Shown here in pieces: positions 10,224 to 23,200 of a DNA stretch of 64,000 nucleotides (positions within the stretch are counted from its first letter, which is position 1; each line of letters begins with the position of its first letter). The position numbers and the translations under genes were made by a program. Under the pieces are notes generated by a model. That model had not been told where the DNA came from, made no database searches, and saw only the letters and a program-made list of their open reading frames with translations. The stretch comes from Eledone cirrhosa (taxonomy: Eukaryota), in assembly GCA_964016885.1 (NCBI GenBank), contig OZ024741.1, positions 72,044,001 to 72,108,000 on the forward strand, written 5' to 3'.

Positions 10224-10412
10224 GGTGGATTGGCAGTATCGGTAGAGGGTCTGACGCCATGCTTTGCAGCAAAGAGTTACGGCCCTAGCCATTCTGAGTT
10301 CAAATCCCGCCAAGGTTAACTTTGCCTTTCATCCTTACAGGGTCAATAAAATAAAGTACCAGTAATACACTGGGATAATTGCTGGCCTTGTGCCAAAAGT
10401 AGAAACAATTAT
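10224..10412 (+). mobile_element. tRNA-derived SINE, third family
   Basis: B-box-like GAGTTCAAATCCC, then AACTTTGCCTTTCATCCTTACAGGGTCAATAAAATAAAGTACCAG and tail AATTGCTGGCCTTGTGCCAAAAGTAGAAACA; several other copies in window. Confidence 0.8.
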
Positions 10413-11084
10413 TAGTTAGTATTAGTAAATGTTCAACTCGTCTGACATATCATCAACCCCTGGCCTTATAGTAGCTATGCTACTACTACAAGGCCTCTAT
10501 TACTCCGAACTGGTTGGTTTCATGCCCCCTCCACTCAAAAACTCCCAACTCACTTAACTTTTCTCCTCCTACAAGAGCCACATTTTTTCCAATCGCCCAA
10601 GACCAATCCCCTTCTCTAAGCACCTCTTGCACTAACCCCGTCTTCAAGTCCTTCCTCCCCATAATGTCATCCTACTGGCACTTCCACTTGGCACCTGTCT
10701 TTTATGAAGTCCTTGAATTGCAACAAGTTTAACTCTTAACATCTTGCACCACATGAAACTAAATCAGCAAGACATTCTTAAAAAGTATAAGACATCATTA
10801 TGACTACATCACATTAAAAATTAGTCTTTAATACTGTAATATTTTCCAATGATCTTGTCCACTTGTAAATATACTATAAACATTTGAATTAACAAACTTG
10901 TTTTTAAATATCTATCACTAAATCCTTATAGGATATTAAGAGTTAAATGGAATGCAACAGTTTTAGTGGAACCAGCAATGACATCAGTCTAACCAGTTGA
11001 GAAGCCCCCCCCCCCCCCCCTGTAGGCCATGAGCACTGCCCCTTCATCCAGACCTAACTAATAAACAAGAAAATCATACCTCCC

Positions 11085-11272
11085 TCAAAACACTACCTAA
11101 TATCACTTATCCTCCTCATATACTACCTAACAGCACCATTCTCTCACATGCTATCTCATATTACCTCTCACACATACACTACCTAATACCACTCCTCTCA
11201 AACACAAATGTAATACTTCTCTTACTCTCTCACTACAAACTACCTAATACTACTCCTCTTACACATACTACT
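11085..11272. repeat. Degenerate ~30-bp minisatellite (CTACCTAATAC.ACTCCTCTCA)
   Basis: CTACCTAA recurs at ~11093, 11123, 11179 and 11240 with related flanks. Confidence 0.55.
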
Positions 11273-12268
11273 TTATACCCCCCCCCCCCATACACATGCA
11301 CTGCCACACGTTCCACTCACATCTACACATCCACACTCTCTACCTAAAGCCCCTCTTTTATACACATACATGCACACATCACATAACATACACTCACATA
11401 CATGAGTTCCTTTTCTACACACATATGACAAACTAGATAATACTACACACACACACAATACTACATAATACCTCAAACTGACACACACACACACCATGGG
11501 AGGAGAGGTGTTATCACCCTCATACACACATCACTAACTAATGCCACCACCTTTCTCTCACACTCACCACTAAAAACCTCCTCAGTTACACACACACACA
11601 CATCACATCCTCTATTCAATACCACACTCTTATACACACAGAGAGTCATACACAATACCATCCACACATGCACATACACACTTACCCAATGCTACCCCAC
11701 ACAAAGATCATTTCCTCATTACTAACCCCCATATAGTGCTGCTTCTGACAATTTCCCCCCACCCACCTCACCTGTCACTAATTTTACCATTTCTGCTTTA
11801 GAAATAAGGAAGGAGGTAGGGTGGAGAACAGTGTAGCAAAGGGGGAGTGGCATGGAATGGGTGGTGGTGGTGAGAGGTAGCAGTAGTGAGAGCCGCAAGG
11901 GCAGACAACCAAAATGTTGGAGGTAAAATAGAGGGAGAGAGAGAAAGTATGTGTGTGAGAGAGAGGGAGAGACAAGAAAAGTATGCATGTAGGATAGAGA
12001 GGGAGAAAGAAAGACTGTTAGGGGAGAAGGAAGAGAGGGTTAAAATAAAGAAAGGGAGAATAGATTATACAGTGTGTGAACACCATACAGACACACATTT
12101 GCATGTATATATATATGTGTGTGTGTGTGTATGAGAGAGATAAGGAAGGACTAGGGGAATATGAAGAGAGTGAGAAAGAGAGAGAGAGAGAGGGTAATAT
12201 AAACTGGGTTATGTTAGTGTTAGAGAAGGAAAATATTTAATGGTGATGGTAGTGGGGGGAAAGGAGAG

Positions 12269-12284
12269 GAATATATATATAAAA

Positions 12285-12321
<37 letters not shown>

Positions 12322-12375
12322 CGCGCGCGCGCGGCACACACACACACACTATATATATATACATATATATATATC
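12269..12375. repeat. Compound alternating purine-pyrimidine microsatellite (TA)n(CA)n(TA)n(CG)6(CA)n(TA)n
   Basis: Directly visible. Confidence 0.95.
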
Positions 12376-12670
12376 ATGTAGGATATAGGTTGGTTAGGTG
12401 AGTATAGAAATGGTGTCAGGGAGCAGGGGAGGGGCACAAGAGTCGGGGGGGGGGTTAGGAGGAAAATATGCGATGGCGGTAGTGGTGGGGTAAATGATAG
12501 TTGGAGGTAGAGGAGAGTAGAAAGAATAATTGAGGAAGTCCCTTCTGCCACATTAAAACCTAGAATATCATATAGCACAGTAATCTTGCTAAAATCAGGA
12601 TTTGGCAGTGATGGTCATGGTAGTATTGGTGCAGAGAGTTGCTTATTTTGGTTTTTATAGTTAGTATTAA

Positions 12671-12875
12671 CCCTTTATCATCCACATTACTCTATATTTA
12701 CTATTGTATTTTCATAGAAAAGGCTTTATCTCGCATGATATCGAATCTATGATATTTTGATATTTATTTTAAGAATAATACCTTAACATCAGTATGAGCA
12801 GTCAGTTATGACCAGTTTGAACAGAAAAAGGTGAGAGAATTCTGGCCAGATACGGCTGGTTTAAATGCCAAAGGG
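12671..12875. mobile_element. Complete 205-bp piggyBac-like MITE with TTAA target-site duplication
   Basis: TTAA (12667-12670) CCCTTTATCAT ... ATGCCAAAGGG TTAA (12876-12879); imperfect TIRs. Confidence 0.8.
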
Positions 12876-12929
12876 TTAATTAATGAAACATTTTGAAGTA
12901 TTTACTAAAATTATTTAATATTTCAATAT

Positions 12930-13080
12930 TGATTTCTAATTTAGGCACAAGGCCAGCAATTTGCAGGGAGGACAAAGATGGTGAAATCAACACTAGTACT
13001 TGACTGGTACTTTATTTTATTGACCCCAGAAGGATGAAAGGCAAAGTCGACCATGGCAGGATTTGAACTAAGAACGTATT
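12930..13080 (-). mobile_element. SINE, same family as 10224-10412
   Basis: TTTAGGCACAAGGCCAGCAATTT...CTGGTACTTTATTTTATTGACCCCAGAAGGATGAAAGGCAAAGTCGACC..GGATTTGAACT. Confidence 0.8.
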
Positions 13081-13255
13081 TATTCACCACTCCACCAATC
13101 CTGCCAATCTACAATCTTATTATTTCCATATTAAGGAAGTATTTGTAAATGTTGGAACATTTTAATTTAAGTAGGAACCCTTCAAAACAAGTGGTTTTGT
13201 TTCATAGAACAAGAGTGTTCTGGGAGGGTTGGTATCAAAAGGGTTAATACTCGTT

Positions 13256-13447
13256 AGGGCAGTGGATTAACAGAATCATTAAACATTGGATAAACTGCTT
13301 TGTGACATTTGTTTTGTCTCTTTAATTTTTGAGTTCAACTTCCTTGTCAGGTTGTTAAAATAAAGTACTGGTCATATAATTTTATTGATATACTTGACTT
13401 TCCTTTTCTCCAAATTGCTGGCCATGTGCCTAAATTAGAAACCATTA
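13256..13447 (+). mobile_element. SINE, same family, diverged and internally deleted
   Basis: TGAGTTCAA...AAAATAAAGTACTGG...AAATTGCTGGCCATGTGCCTAAATTAGAAACCATT. Confidence 0.65.
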
Positions 13448-13547
13448 ATTGTTACATTGTGATTTAGCTTGAATTCAGTCCTGATCTAATAGACCTATGA
13501 TGAAAGATAACAGCTGTAAGCATCCCAGGGATTTTAGGATCACATTC

Positions 13548-13798
13548 TTTAACCGTATTTCTAATGAAAAATACTGCCTATGATTATCAAACAATTTTCA
13601 AAATAATCAAGAATTTGAAGGGATTTAATAATTTAACCACATTTTTCATTATTTAGTCAGCGTTTGCAACATATCATAAAGGTTCTTACATAGAATTAGG
13701 ATAGGTTTTTCGATAAATGGATACACTTTAAAACAAAATAATTTTGTATTGTAGGAGGGGCAGTTTCAGGTGGTATGTATGGCAGCAAAAGGGTCAAT
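13548..13798 (+). mobile_element. piggyBac-like MITE (diverged)
   Basis: TTAACCGTATTTCTAATGAAAAATACTGCCTATG ... GGCAGCAAAAGGG-TCAA. Confidence 0.55.
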
Positions 13799-13984
13799 AA
13801 GTCATTTTTTAAGAAATATGTGTTTGATATACTTGTAGTGGTGGCCACAACAGTGGTGAGTGGATAAGGTGAACAAAGTGGACTTAGTCACAGTGCAACA
13901 GTTGTTATTTCTCAGTGCTTGGAGCTGTACTATATATATCTGAGTACTAATAATTTGTATGGGCTGTTTGGGAAAGATATTATG

Positions 13985-14270
13985 TTTAGGGTGGTATTGC
14001 AATTGATTGGGAGAAATGGTGTTTTAAGGGTAGTATTGATGTGGTGTTTAAACTGATTGGTAGAGAGATAGTTCTCATCGTGTGTAGTAGTGGTGTGTGA
14101 TCTGGTTGATACAGTACTCATGAGATGGTGTTCTAGTGGTGTGTGGTCTGGTTGAGACAGTGCTCATGTAGTGGTGTTGTAGTGTTGGAGAGATAGAGCT
14201 CATGAGGTAGTGTTGTGGTGGTGTGTGGTCTGTGTAGGAGAGGTAGAGCTCAGGAGGTGTTGTTGTAATG
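13985..14270 (+). repeat. Degenerate proto-monomer transition zone leading into the satellite
   Basis: Diverged units such as GATTGGGAGAAATGGTGTTTTAAGGGTAGTATTG and GAGACAGTGCTCATGTAGTGGTGTTGTAGTGT share motifs with the 47-mer. Confidence 0.65.
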
Positions 14271-17200
14271 TCTTGATTGACTGGGAGATAGAGAGAGAGA
14301 GTGTTTTTATGGTGGTGTTGTAGAGTCTTGATTGACTGGGAGAGACAGTGTTTTTATGGTGGTGTTGTAGAGTCTTGATTGACTGGGAGAGACAGTGTTT
14401 TTATGGTGGTGTTGTAGAGTATTGATTGACTGGGAGAGAGAGTGTTTGTATGGTGGTGTTGTAGTGTCTTGATTGAGTGGGAGAGACAGTGTTTTTATGG
14501 TGGTGTTGTAGTGTCTTGATTGACTGGGAGAGGCTGTGTTTTTATGGTGGTGGTGTTGTGTCTTGATTGACTGGGAGAGACAGTGTTTTTATGGTGGTGT
14601 TGTAGTGTCTTGATTGACTGGTAGAGGCAGTGATTGTATGGTGGTGTTGTAGTGTCTTGATTGACTGGGAGAGAGTGTTTTTATGGTGGTGTTGTAGTGT
14701 CTTGATTGACTGGGAGAGGAAACGTTTTTATGGTGGTGTTGTAGTGTCTTGATTGACTGGGAGAGACAGTATTTTTATGGTGGTGTTGGAGTGTCTTGAT
14801 TGACTGGGAGATACAGTGTTTTTATGGTGGTGTTGTAGTGTCTTAATTGACTGGGAGAGACAGTGTTTTTATGGTGGTGTTGTAGTGTCTTGATTGACTG
14901 GGAGAGGCAGTGTGTTTATGGTGGTGTTGTTAGTGTCTTGATTGACTGGGAGAGACAGTGTTTTTATGGTGGTGTTGTAGTGCCTTGATTGACTGGGAGA
15001 GACAGTGTTTTTATGGTGGTGTTGTAGTGTCTTGATTGACTGGGAGAGACAGTGTTTTTATGGTGGTGTTGTAGTGTCTTGATTGACTGAGAGAGGCAGT
15101 GTTTTTATGGTGGTGTTGTAGTGCCTTGATTGACTGGGAGAGAGTGTTTTTATGGTGGTGTTGTAGTTTCTTGATTGACTGAGAGAGGCAGTGTTTTTAT
15201 GGTGGTGTTGTAGTGACTTGATTGACTGAGAGAGGCAGTGTTTTTATGGTGGTGTTGTAGTGCCTTGATTGACTGGGAGAGAGTGTTTTTATGGTGGTGT
15301 TGTAGTGTCTTGATTGACTGGGAGATACAGTGTTTTTATGGTGGTGTTGTAGTGTCTTGATTGACTGGGAGAGACAGTGTTATTATGGTGGTGTTGGAGT
15401 GTCTTGATTGACTTGGAGATACAGTGTTTTTATGGTGGTGTTGTAGTGTCTTGATTGACTGGGAGAGACAGTGTTTTTATGGTGGTGTTGTAGTGTCTTG
15501 ATTGACTGGGAGAGAGTGTTTTTATGGTGATGTTGTAGTGTCTTGATTGACTGGGAGATACAGTGTTTTTATGGTGGTGTTGTAGTGTCTTGATTGACTG
15601 GGAGAGGAAATGTTTTTATGGTGGTGTTGTAGTGTCTTGATTGACTGGGAGAGACAGTGTTTTTATGGTGGTGTTGTAGTGTCTTGATTGACTGGGAGAG
15701 ACAGTGTTTTTATGAGGGTGTTGTAGTGTCTTGATTTACTGGGAGAGGCAGTGTTTTTATGGTGGTGTTGTAGTGTTTGGATTGACTGGGAGAGACAGTG
15801 TTTTTATGGTGGTGTTGTAGTGTTTGGAATGACTGGGAGAGACAGTGTTTTTATGGTGGTGTTGTAGATTCTTGATTGACTGGGAGAGACAGTGTTTTTA
15901 TGGTAGTGTTGTAGTGTCTTGATTGACTGGGAGAGGCAGTGTTTTTATGGTGGTGTTGTAGTGTCTTGATTGACTGGGAGAGACCATGTTTTTATGGTGG
16001 TGTTGTAGTGTCTTGATTGACTGGGAGAGACCGTGTTTTTATGGTGGTGTTGTAGTTTCTTGATTGACTGGGAGAGGCAGTCTTTTTATGGTGGTGTTGT
16101 AGTGTCTTGATTGACTGGGAGAGACAGTGTTTTTATGGTGGTTTTGTAGTGTCTTGATTGACTGGGAGAGAGAGTTTTTAATGGTGGTGTTGTAGTGTCT
16201 TGAGTGACTGGGAGAGAGTTTTTTTATGGTGGTGTTGTAGTGTCTTGATTGACTGGGAGAGACAGTGTTTATATGGTGGTGTTGTAGTGTCTTGATTGAC
16301 TGGGAGAGACAGTGTTTTTATGGTGGTGTTGTAGTGTCTTGATTGACAGGGAGTGACAGTGTTTTTATGGTGGTGTTGTAGAGTCTTGATTGACTGGGAG
16401 AGACAGTGTTTTAATGGTGGTGTTGTAGTGTCTTGATTGACTGGGAGAGGCAGTGCTTTTATGGTGGTGGTGTTTTGTCTTGATTGACTGGTAGAGACAG
16501 TGTTTTTATTGAGGTGTTGTAGTGTCTTGATTGACTCGGAGAGACAGTGTTTTTATGGTGGTGTTGTAGTGTTTGGATTGACTGGGAGAGACAGTGTTTT
16601 TATGGTGGTGTTGTAGTGTTCGGAATGACTGGGAGAGAGAGTGTTTGTATGGTCGTGTTGTAGTTTCTTGATTGACTGGGATAGAGTGTTTTTATGGTAG
16701 TGTTGTAGTGTCTTGATTGACTGGGAGAGGCAGTGTTTTTATGGTGGTGTTGTAGTGTCTTGATTGACTGGGAGAGACCGTGTTTTTATGGTGGTGTTGT
16801 AGTGTCTTGATTGACTTGGAGAGACCGTGTTTTTATGGTGGTGTTGTAGTTTCTTGATTGACTGGGAGAGACAGTGTTTTTATGGTGGTGTTGTAGTGTC
16901 TTGATAGACTGGGAGAGAGAGTGTTTTTATGGTGGTGTTGTTGTGTCTTGATTGACTGGGAGAGACAGTGTTTTTATGGTGGTGTTGTAGTGTCTTGATT
17001 GACTCGGAGAGACAGTGTTTTTATGGTGGTGTTGTAGTTTCTTGATTGACTGGGAGAGACCGTGTTTTTATTGTGGCGTTGTAGTGTCTTGATTGACTGG
17101 GAGAGACAGTGTTTTTATGGTGGTGTTGTAATGTTTTGATTGACTGGGAGAGACAGTGTTTTTATGGTGCTGTTGTACTGTCTTGATTGACTGGGAGAGA

Positions 17201-20200
17201 CAGTGTTTTTATGGTGCTGTTGTACTGTCTTGATTGACTGGGAGAGACAGTGTTTTTATGGTGGTGTTGTAGTGTCTTGATTGACTGGGCGAGGCAGTGC
17301 TTTTATGGTGGTGGTGTTGTGTCTTGATTGACTGTTAGAGACAGTGTTTTTATGGTGGTGTTGTAGTGTCTTGATTGACTGGGAGAGGCAGTCCTTTTAT
17401 GGTGGTGTTGTTATGTCTTGATTGACTGTTAGAGACAGTGTTTTTATTGTGGTGTTGTAGTGTCTTGATTGACTCGGAGAGACAGTGTTTTTATGGTGGT
17501 GTTGTAGTGTTTTGATTGACTGGGAGAGAGTGTTTTTATGTTGGTTTTGTAGTGTCTTGATTGACAGGGAGAGAGTTTTTTATGGTGGTGTTGTAGTGTC
17601 TTGATTGACTGGGAGAGACAGTGTTTTTATGGTGGCTTTGTAGTGTCTTGATTGACTGGGAGAGACAGTGTTTTTATGGTGGTTTTGTAGTGTCTTGATT
17701 GACTGGGAGAGACTTTTTCTATGGTGGTGTTGTAGTGTCTTGAGTGACTGGGAGAGAGTTTTTTATGATGGTGTTGTAGTGTCTTGATTGACTGGAAGAG
17801 ACAGTGTTTTTATGGTGGTGTTCTAGTGTCTTGATTGACTGGGAGAGGCAGTGTTTTTATGGTGGTGTTGTAGTGTCTTGATTGACTGGGAGAGACAGTG
17901 TTTTTATGGTGGTGTTGTAGTGTCTTGATTGACTGGGAGAGACTGTTTTTATGGTGGTGTTGTAGTGTCTTGATTGACTGGGAGAGGCAGTGTTTTTATG
18001 GTGGTGTTGTAGTGTCTTGATTGACTGGGAGAGAGTGTTTTTATGGTGGTTTTGTAGTGTCTTGATTGACTGGGAGAGAGAGTTTTTCATGGTGGTGTTG
18101 TAGTGTCTTGAGTGACTGGGAGAGAGTTTTTTTATGGTGGTGTTGTAGTGTCTTGATTGAATGGGAGAGACAGTGTTTATATGGTGGTGTTGTAGTGTCT
18201 TGATTGACTGGGAGAGACAGTGTTTTTATGGTGGTGTTGTAGTGTCTTGATTGACAGGGAGTGACAGTGTTTTTATGGTGGTGTTGTAGAGTCTTGATTG
18301 ACTGGGAGAGACAGTGTTTTTATGGTGGTGTTGTAGTGTCTTGATTGACCGGGATTGACAGTGTTTTTATGGTGGTGTTGTTGTGTCTTGATTGACTGGG
18401 AGAGACAGTGTTTTTATGGTGGTGTTGTAGTGTCTTGATTGACCGGGAGTGACAGTGTATTTATGGTGGTGTTGTAGAGTCTTGATTGACTGGGAGCTGC
18501 AGTGTTTTTATGGTGGTGTTGTAGTGTCTTGATTGACTGGGAGAGAGTATTTTTATGGTGGTGTTGTAGAGTCTTGATTGACTGGGAGAGAGTTTTTTAT
18601 GGTGGTGTTGTAGTGTCTTGATTGATTGGAAGAGACAGTGTTTTTATGGTGGTGTTGTAGTGTCTTGATTGACTGGGAGAGACTTTTTTATGGTGGTGTT
18701 GTTGTGTCTTGAGTGACTGGGAGAGAGTTTTTTATGGTGGTGTTGTAGTGTCTTGATTCACTGGAAGAGACAGTGTTTTTATGGTGGTGTTGTAGTGTCT
18801 TGATTGACTGGGAGAGGCAGTGCTTTTATGGTGGTGGTGTTTTGTCTTGATTGACTGGTAGAGACAGTGTTTATATTGTGGTGATGTAGTGTCTTGATTG
18901 ACTCGCAGAGACAGTGTTTTTATGGTGGTGTTGTAGTGTTTGGATTGACTGGGAGAGAAAGTGTTTTTATGGTGGTGTTGTAGTGTTTGGATTGACTGGG
19001 AGAGACAGTGTTTTTATGGTGGTGTTGTAGTTTCTTGATTGACTGGGAGAGACAGTGTTTTTATGGTGGTGTTGTAGTGTCTTGATAGACTGGGAGAGAG
19101 AGCGTTTTTATGGTGGTGGTGTTGTTGTGTCTTGATTGACTGGTAGAGACAGTGTTTTTATGGTGCTGTTGTACTGTCTTGATTGACTGGGAGAGACAGT
19201 GTTTTTATGGTGGTGTTGTAGTGTCTTGATTGACTGGGAGAGGCAGTGTTTATATGGTGGTGTTGTAATGTCTTGATTGACTGGGAGAGACAGTGTTTTT
19301 ATGGTGATGTTGTAGTGTCTTGATTGACTGGGAGAGACAGTGTTTTTATTATGGTGTTGTAATGTCTTGATTGACTCGGAGAGACAGTGTTTTTATGGTC
19401 GTGTTGTAGTGTTTGGATTGACTGGGAGAGACAGTGTTTTTATGGTGGTGTTGTAATGTTTGGATTGACTGGGAGAGACAGTGTTTTTATGGTGGTGTTG
19501 TAGTTTCTTGATTGACTGGGAGAGACAGTGTTTTTATGGTGGTGTTGTAGTGTCTTGATTGACTGGGAGAGACAGTGTTTTTATGGTGATGTTGTAGTGT
19601 CTTGATTGACTGGGAGAGGCTGTGTTTTTATGGTGGTGGTGTTTTGTCTTGATTGACTGGTAGAGACAGTGTTTTTATTATGGTGTTGTAGTGTCTTGAT
19701 TGACTCGGAGAGACAGTGTTTTTATGGTGGTGTTGTAGTGTTTGGATTGACTGGGAGAGACAGTGTTTTTATAGTTTCTTGATTGACTGGGAGAGACAGT
19801 GTTTTTATGGTGGTGTTGTAGTGTCTTGATTGACTGGGAGAGACAGTGTTTTTATGGTGATGTTGTAGTGTCTTGATTGAATGGGAGAGGCTGTGTTTTT
19901 ATGGTGGTGGTGTTTTGTCTTGATTGACTGTTAGAGACAGTGTTTTTATTATGGTGTCGTAGTTTCTTGATTGACTGGGAGAGACCGTGTTTTTATTGTG
20001 GCGTTGTAGTGTCTTGATTGACTGGGAGAGACAGTGTTTTTATGGTGGTGTTGTAATGTTTTGATTGACTGGGAGAGACAGTGTTTTTATGGTGCTGTTG
20101 TACTGTCTTGATTGACTGGGAGAGACAGTGTTTTTATGGTGCTGTTGTACTGTCTTGATTGACTGGGAGAGACAGTGTTTTTATGGTGGTGTTGTAGTGT

Positions 20201-23200
20201 CTTGATTGACTGGGCGAGGCAGTGCTTTTATGGTGGTGGTGTTGTGTCTTGATTGACTGTTAGAGACAGTGTTTTTATGGTGGTGTTGTAGTGTCTTGAT
20301 TGACTGGGAGAGGCAGTCCTTTTATGGTGGTGTTGTTGTGTCTTGATTGACTGTTAGAGACAGTGTTTTTATTGTGGTGTTGTAGTGTCTTGATTGACTC
20401 GGAGAGACAGTGTTTTTATGGTGGTGTTGTAGTGTTTTGATTGACTGGGACAGAGTGTTTTTATGTTGGTTTTGTAGTGTCTTGATTGACAGGGAGAGAG
20501 TTTTTTATGGTGGTGTTGTAGTGTCTTGATTGACTGGGAGAGACAGTGTTTTTATGGTGGCTTTGTAGTGTCTTGATTGACTGGGAGAGACAGTGTTTTT
20601 ATGGTGGTTTTGTAGTGTCTTGATTGACTGGGAGAGACTTTTTCTATGGTGGTGTTGTAGTGTCTTGAGTGACTGGGAGAGAGTTTTTTATGATGGTGTT
20701 GTAGTGTCTTGATTGACTGGAAGAGACAGTGTTTTTATGGTGGTGTTCTAGTGTCTTGATTGACTGGGAGAGGCAGTGTTTTTATGGTGGTGTTGTAGTG
20801 TCTTGATTGACTGGGAGAGACAGTGTTTTTATGGTGGTGTTGTAGTGTCTTGATTGACTGGGAGAGACTGTTTTTATGGTGGTGTTGTAGTGTCTTGATT
20901 GACTGGGAGAGGCAGTGTTTTTATGGTGGTGTTGTAGTGTCTTGATTGACTGGGAGAGAGTGTTTTTATGGTGGTTTTGTAGTGTCTTGATTGACTGGGA
21001 GAGAGAGTTTTTCATGGTGGTGTTGTAGTGTCTTGAGTGACTGGGAGAGAGTTTTTTTATGGTGGTGTTGTAGTGTCTTGATTGAATGGGAGAGACAGTG
21101 TTTATATGGTGGTGTTGTAGTGTCTTGATTGACTGGGAGAGACAGTGTTTTTATGGTGGTGTTGTAGTGTCTTGATTGACAGGGAGTGACAGTGTTTTTA
21201 TGGTGGTGTTGTAGAGTCTTGATTGACTGGGAGAGACAGTGTTTTTATGGTGGTGTTGTAGTGTCTTGATTGACCGGGATTGACAGTGTTTTTATGGTGG
21301 TGTTGTTGTGTCTTGATTGACTGGGAGAGACAGTGTTTTTATGGTGGTGTTGTAGTGTCTTGATTGACGGGGAGTGACAGTGTATTTATGGTGGTGTTGT
21401 AGAGTCTTGATTGACTGGGAGCTGCAGTGTTTTTATGGTGGTGTTGTAGTGTCTTGATTGACTGGGAGAGAGTATTTTTATGGTGGTGTTGTAGAGTCTT
21501 GATTGACTGGGAGAGAGTTTTTTATGGTGGTGTTGTAGTGTCTTGATTGATTGGAAGAGACAGTGTTTTTATGGTGGTGTTGTAGTGTCTTGATTGACTG
21601 GGAGAGACTTTTTTATGGTGGTGTTGTAGTGTCTTGAGTGACTGGGAGAGAGTTTTTTATGGTGGTGTTGTAGTGTCTTGATTCACTGGAAGAGACAGTG
21701 TTTTTATGGTGGTGTTGTAGTGTCTTGATTGACTGGGAGAGGCAGTGCTTTTATGGTGGTGGTGTTTTGTCTTGATTGACTGGTAGAGACAGTGTTTATA
21801 TTGTGGTGATGTAGTGTCTTGATTGACTCGGAGAGACAGTGTTTTTATGGTGGTGTTGTAGTGTTTGGATTGACTGGGAGAGAAAGTGTTTTTATGGTGG
21901 TGTTGTAGTGTTTGGATTGACTGGGAGAGACAGTGTTTTTATGGTGGTGTTGTAGTTTCTTGATTGACTGGGAGAGACAGTGTTTTTATGGTGGTGTTGT
22001 AGTGTCTTGATTGACTGGGAGAGAGAGCGTTTTTATGGTGGTGGTGTTGTTGTGTCTTGATTGACTGGTAGAGACAGTGTTTTTATGGTGCTGTTGTACT
22101 GTCTTGATTGACTGGGAGAGACAGTGTTTTTATGGTGGTGTTGTAGTGTCTTGATTGACTGGGAGAGGCAGTGTTTTTATGGTGGTGTTGTAATGTCTTG
22201 ATTGACTGGGAGAGACAGTGTTTTTATGGTGATGTTGTAGTGTCTTGATTGACTGGGAGAGACAGTGTTTTTATTATGGTGTTGTAGTGTCTTGATTGAC
22301 TCGGAGAGACAGTGTTTTTATGGTCGTGTTGTAGTGTTTGGATTGACTGGGAGAGACAGTGTTTTTATGGTGGTGTTGTAATGTTTGGATTGACTGGGAG
22401 AGACAGTGTTTTTATGGTGGTGTTGTAGTTTCTTGATTGACTGGGAGAGACAGTGTTTTTATGGTGGTGTTGTAGTGTCTTGATTGACTGGGAGAGACAG
22501 TGTTTTTATGGTGATGTTGTAGTGTCTTGATTGACTGGGAGAGGCTGTGTTTTTATGGTGGTGGTGTTTTGTCTTGATTGACTGGTAGAGACAGTGTTTT
22601 TATTATGGTGTTGTAGTGTCTTGATTGACTCGGAGAGACAGTGTTTTTATGGTGGTGTTGTAGTGTTTGGATTGACTGGGAGAGACAGTGTTTTTATAGT
22701 TTCTTGATTGACTGGGAGAGACAGTGTTTTTATGGTGGTGTTGTAGTGTCTTGATTGACTGGGAGAGACAGTGTTTTTATGGTGATGTTGTAGTGTCTTG
22801 ATTGAATGGGAGAGGCTGTGTTTTTATGGTGGTGGTGTTTTGTCTTGATTGACTGTTAGAGACAGTGTTTTTATTATGGTGTCGTAGTTTCTTGATTGAC
22901 TGCGAGAGACAGTGTTTTTATGGTGGTGTTGTAGTGTTTTGATTGACTGGGAGAGAGTGTTTTTATGTTGGTTTTGTAGTGTCTTGATTGACAGGGAGAG
23001 AGTTTTTTATGGTGGTGTTGTAGTGTCTTGATTGACTGGGAGAGACAGTGTTTTTATGGTGGCTTTGTAGTGTCTTGATTGACTGGGAGAGACAGTGTTT
23101 TTATGGTGGTTTTGTAGTGTCTTGATTGACTGGGAGAGACTTTTTCTATGGTGGTGTTGTAGTGTCTTGAGTGACTGGGAGAGAGTTTTTTATGATGGTG

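Noticed and set aside
837-14121. Short ORFs in the supplied track
   Set aside because: Nearly all derive from microsatellites, low-complexity tracts or SINE/MITE sequence. Only 7576-7791 has recognisable (RTE LINE) homology, and it is a decayed fragment.
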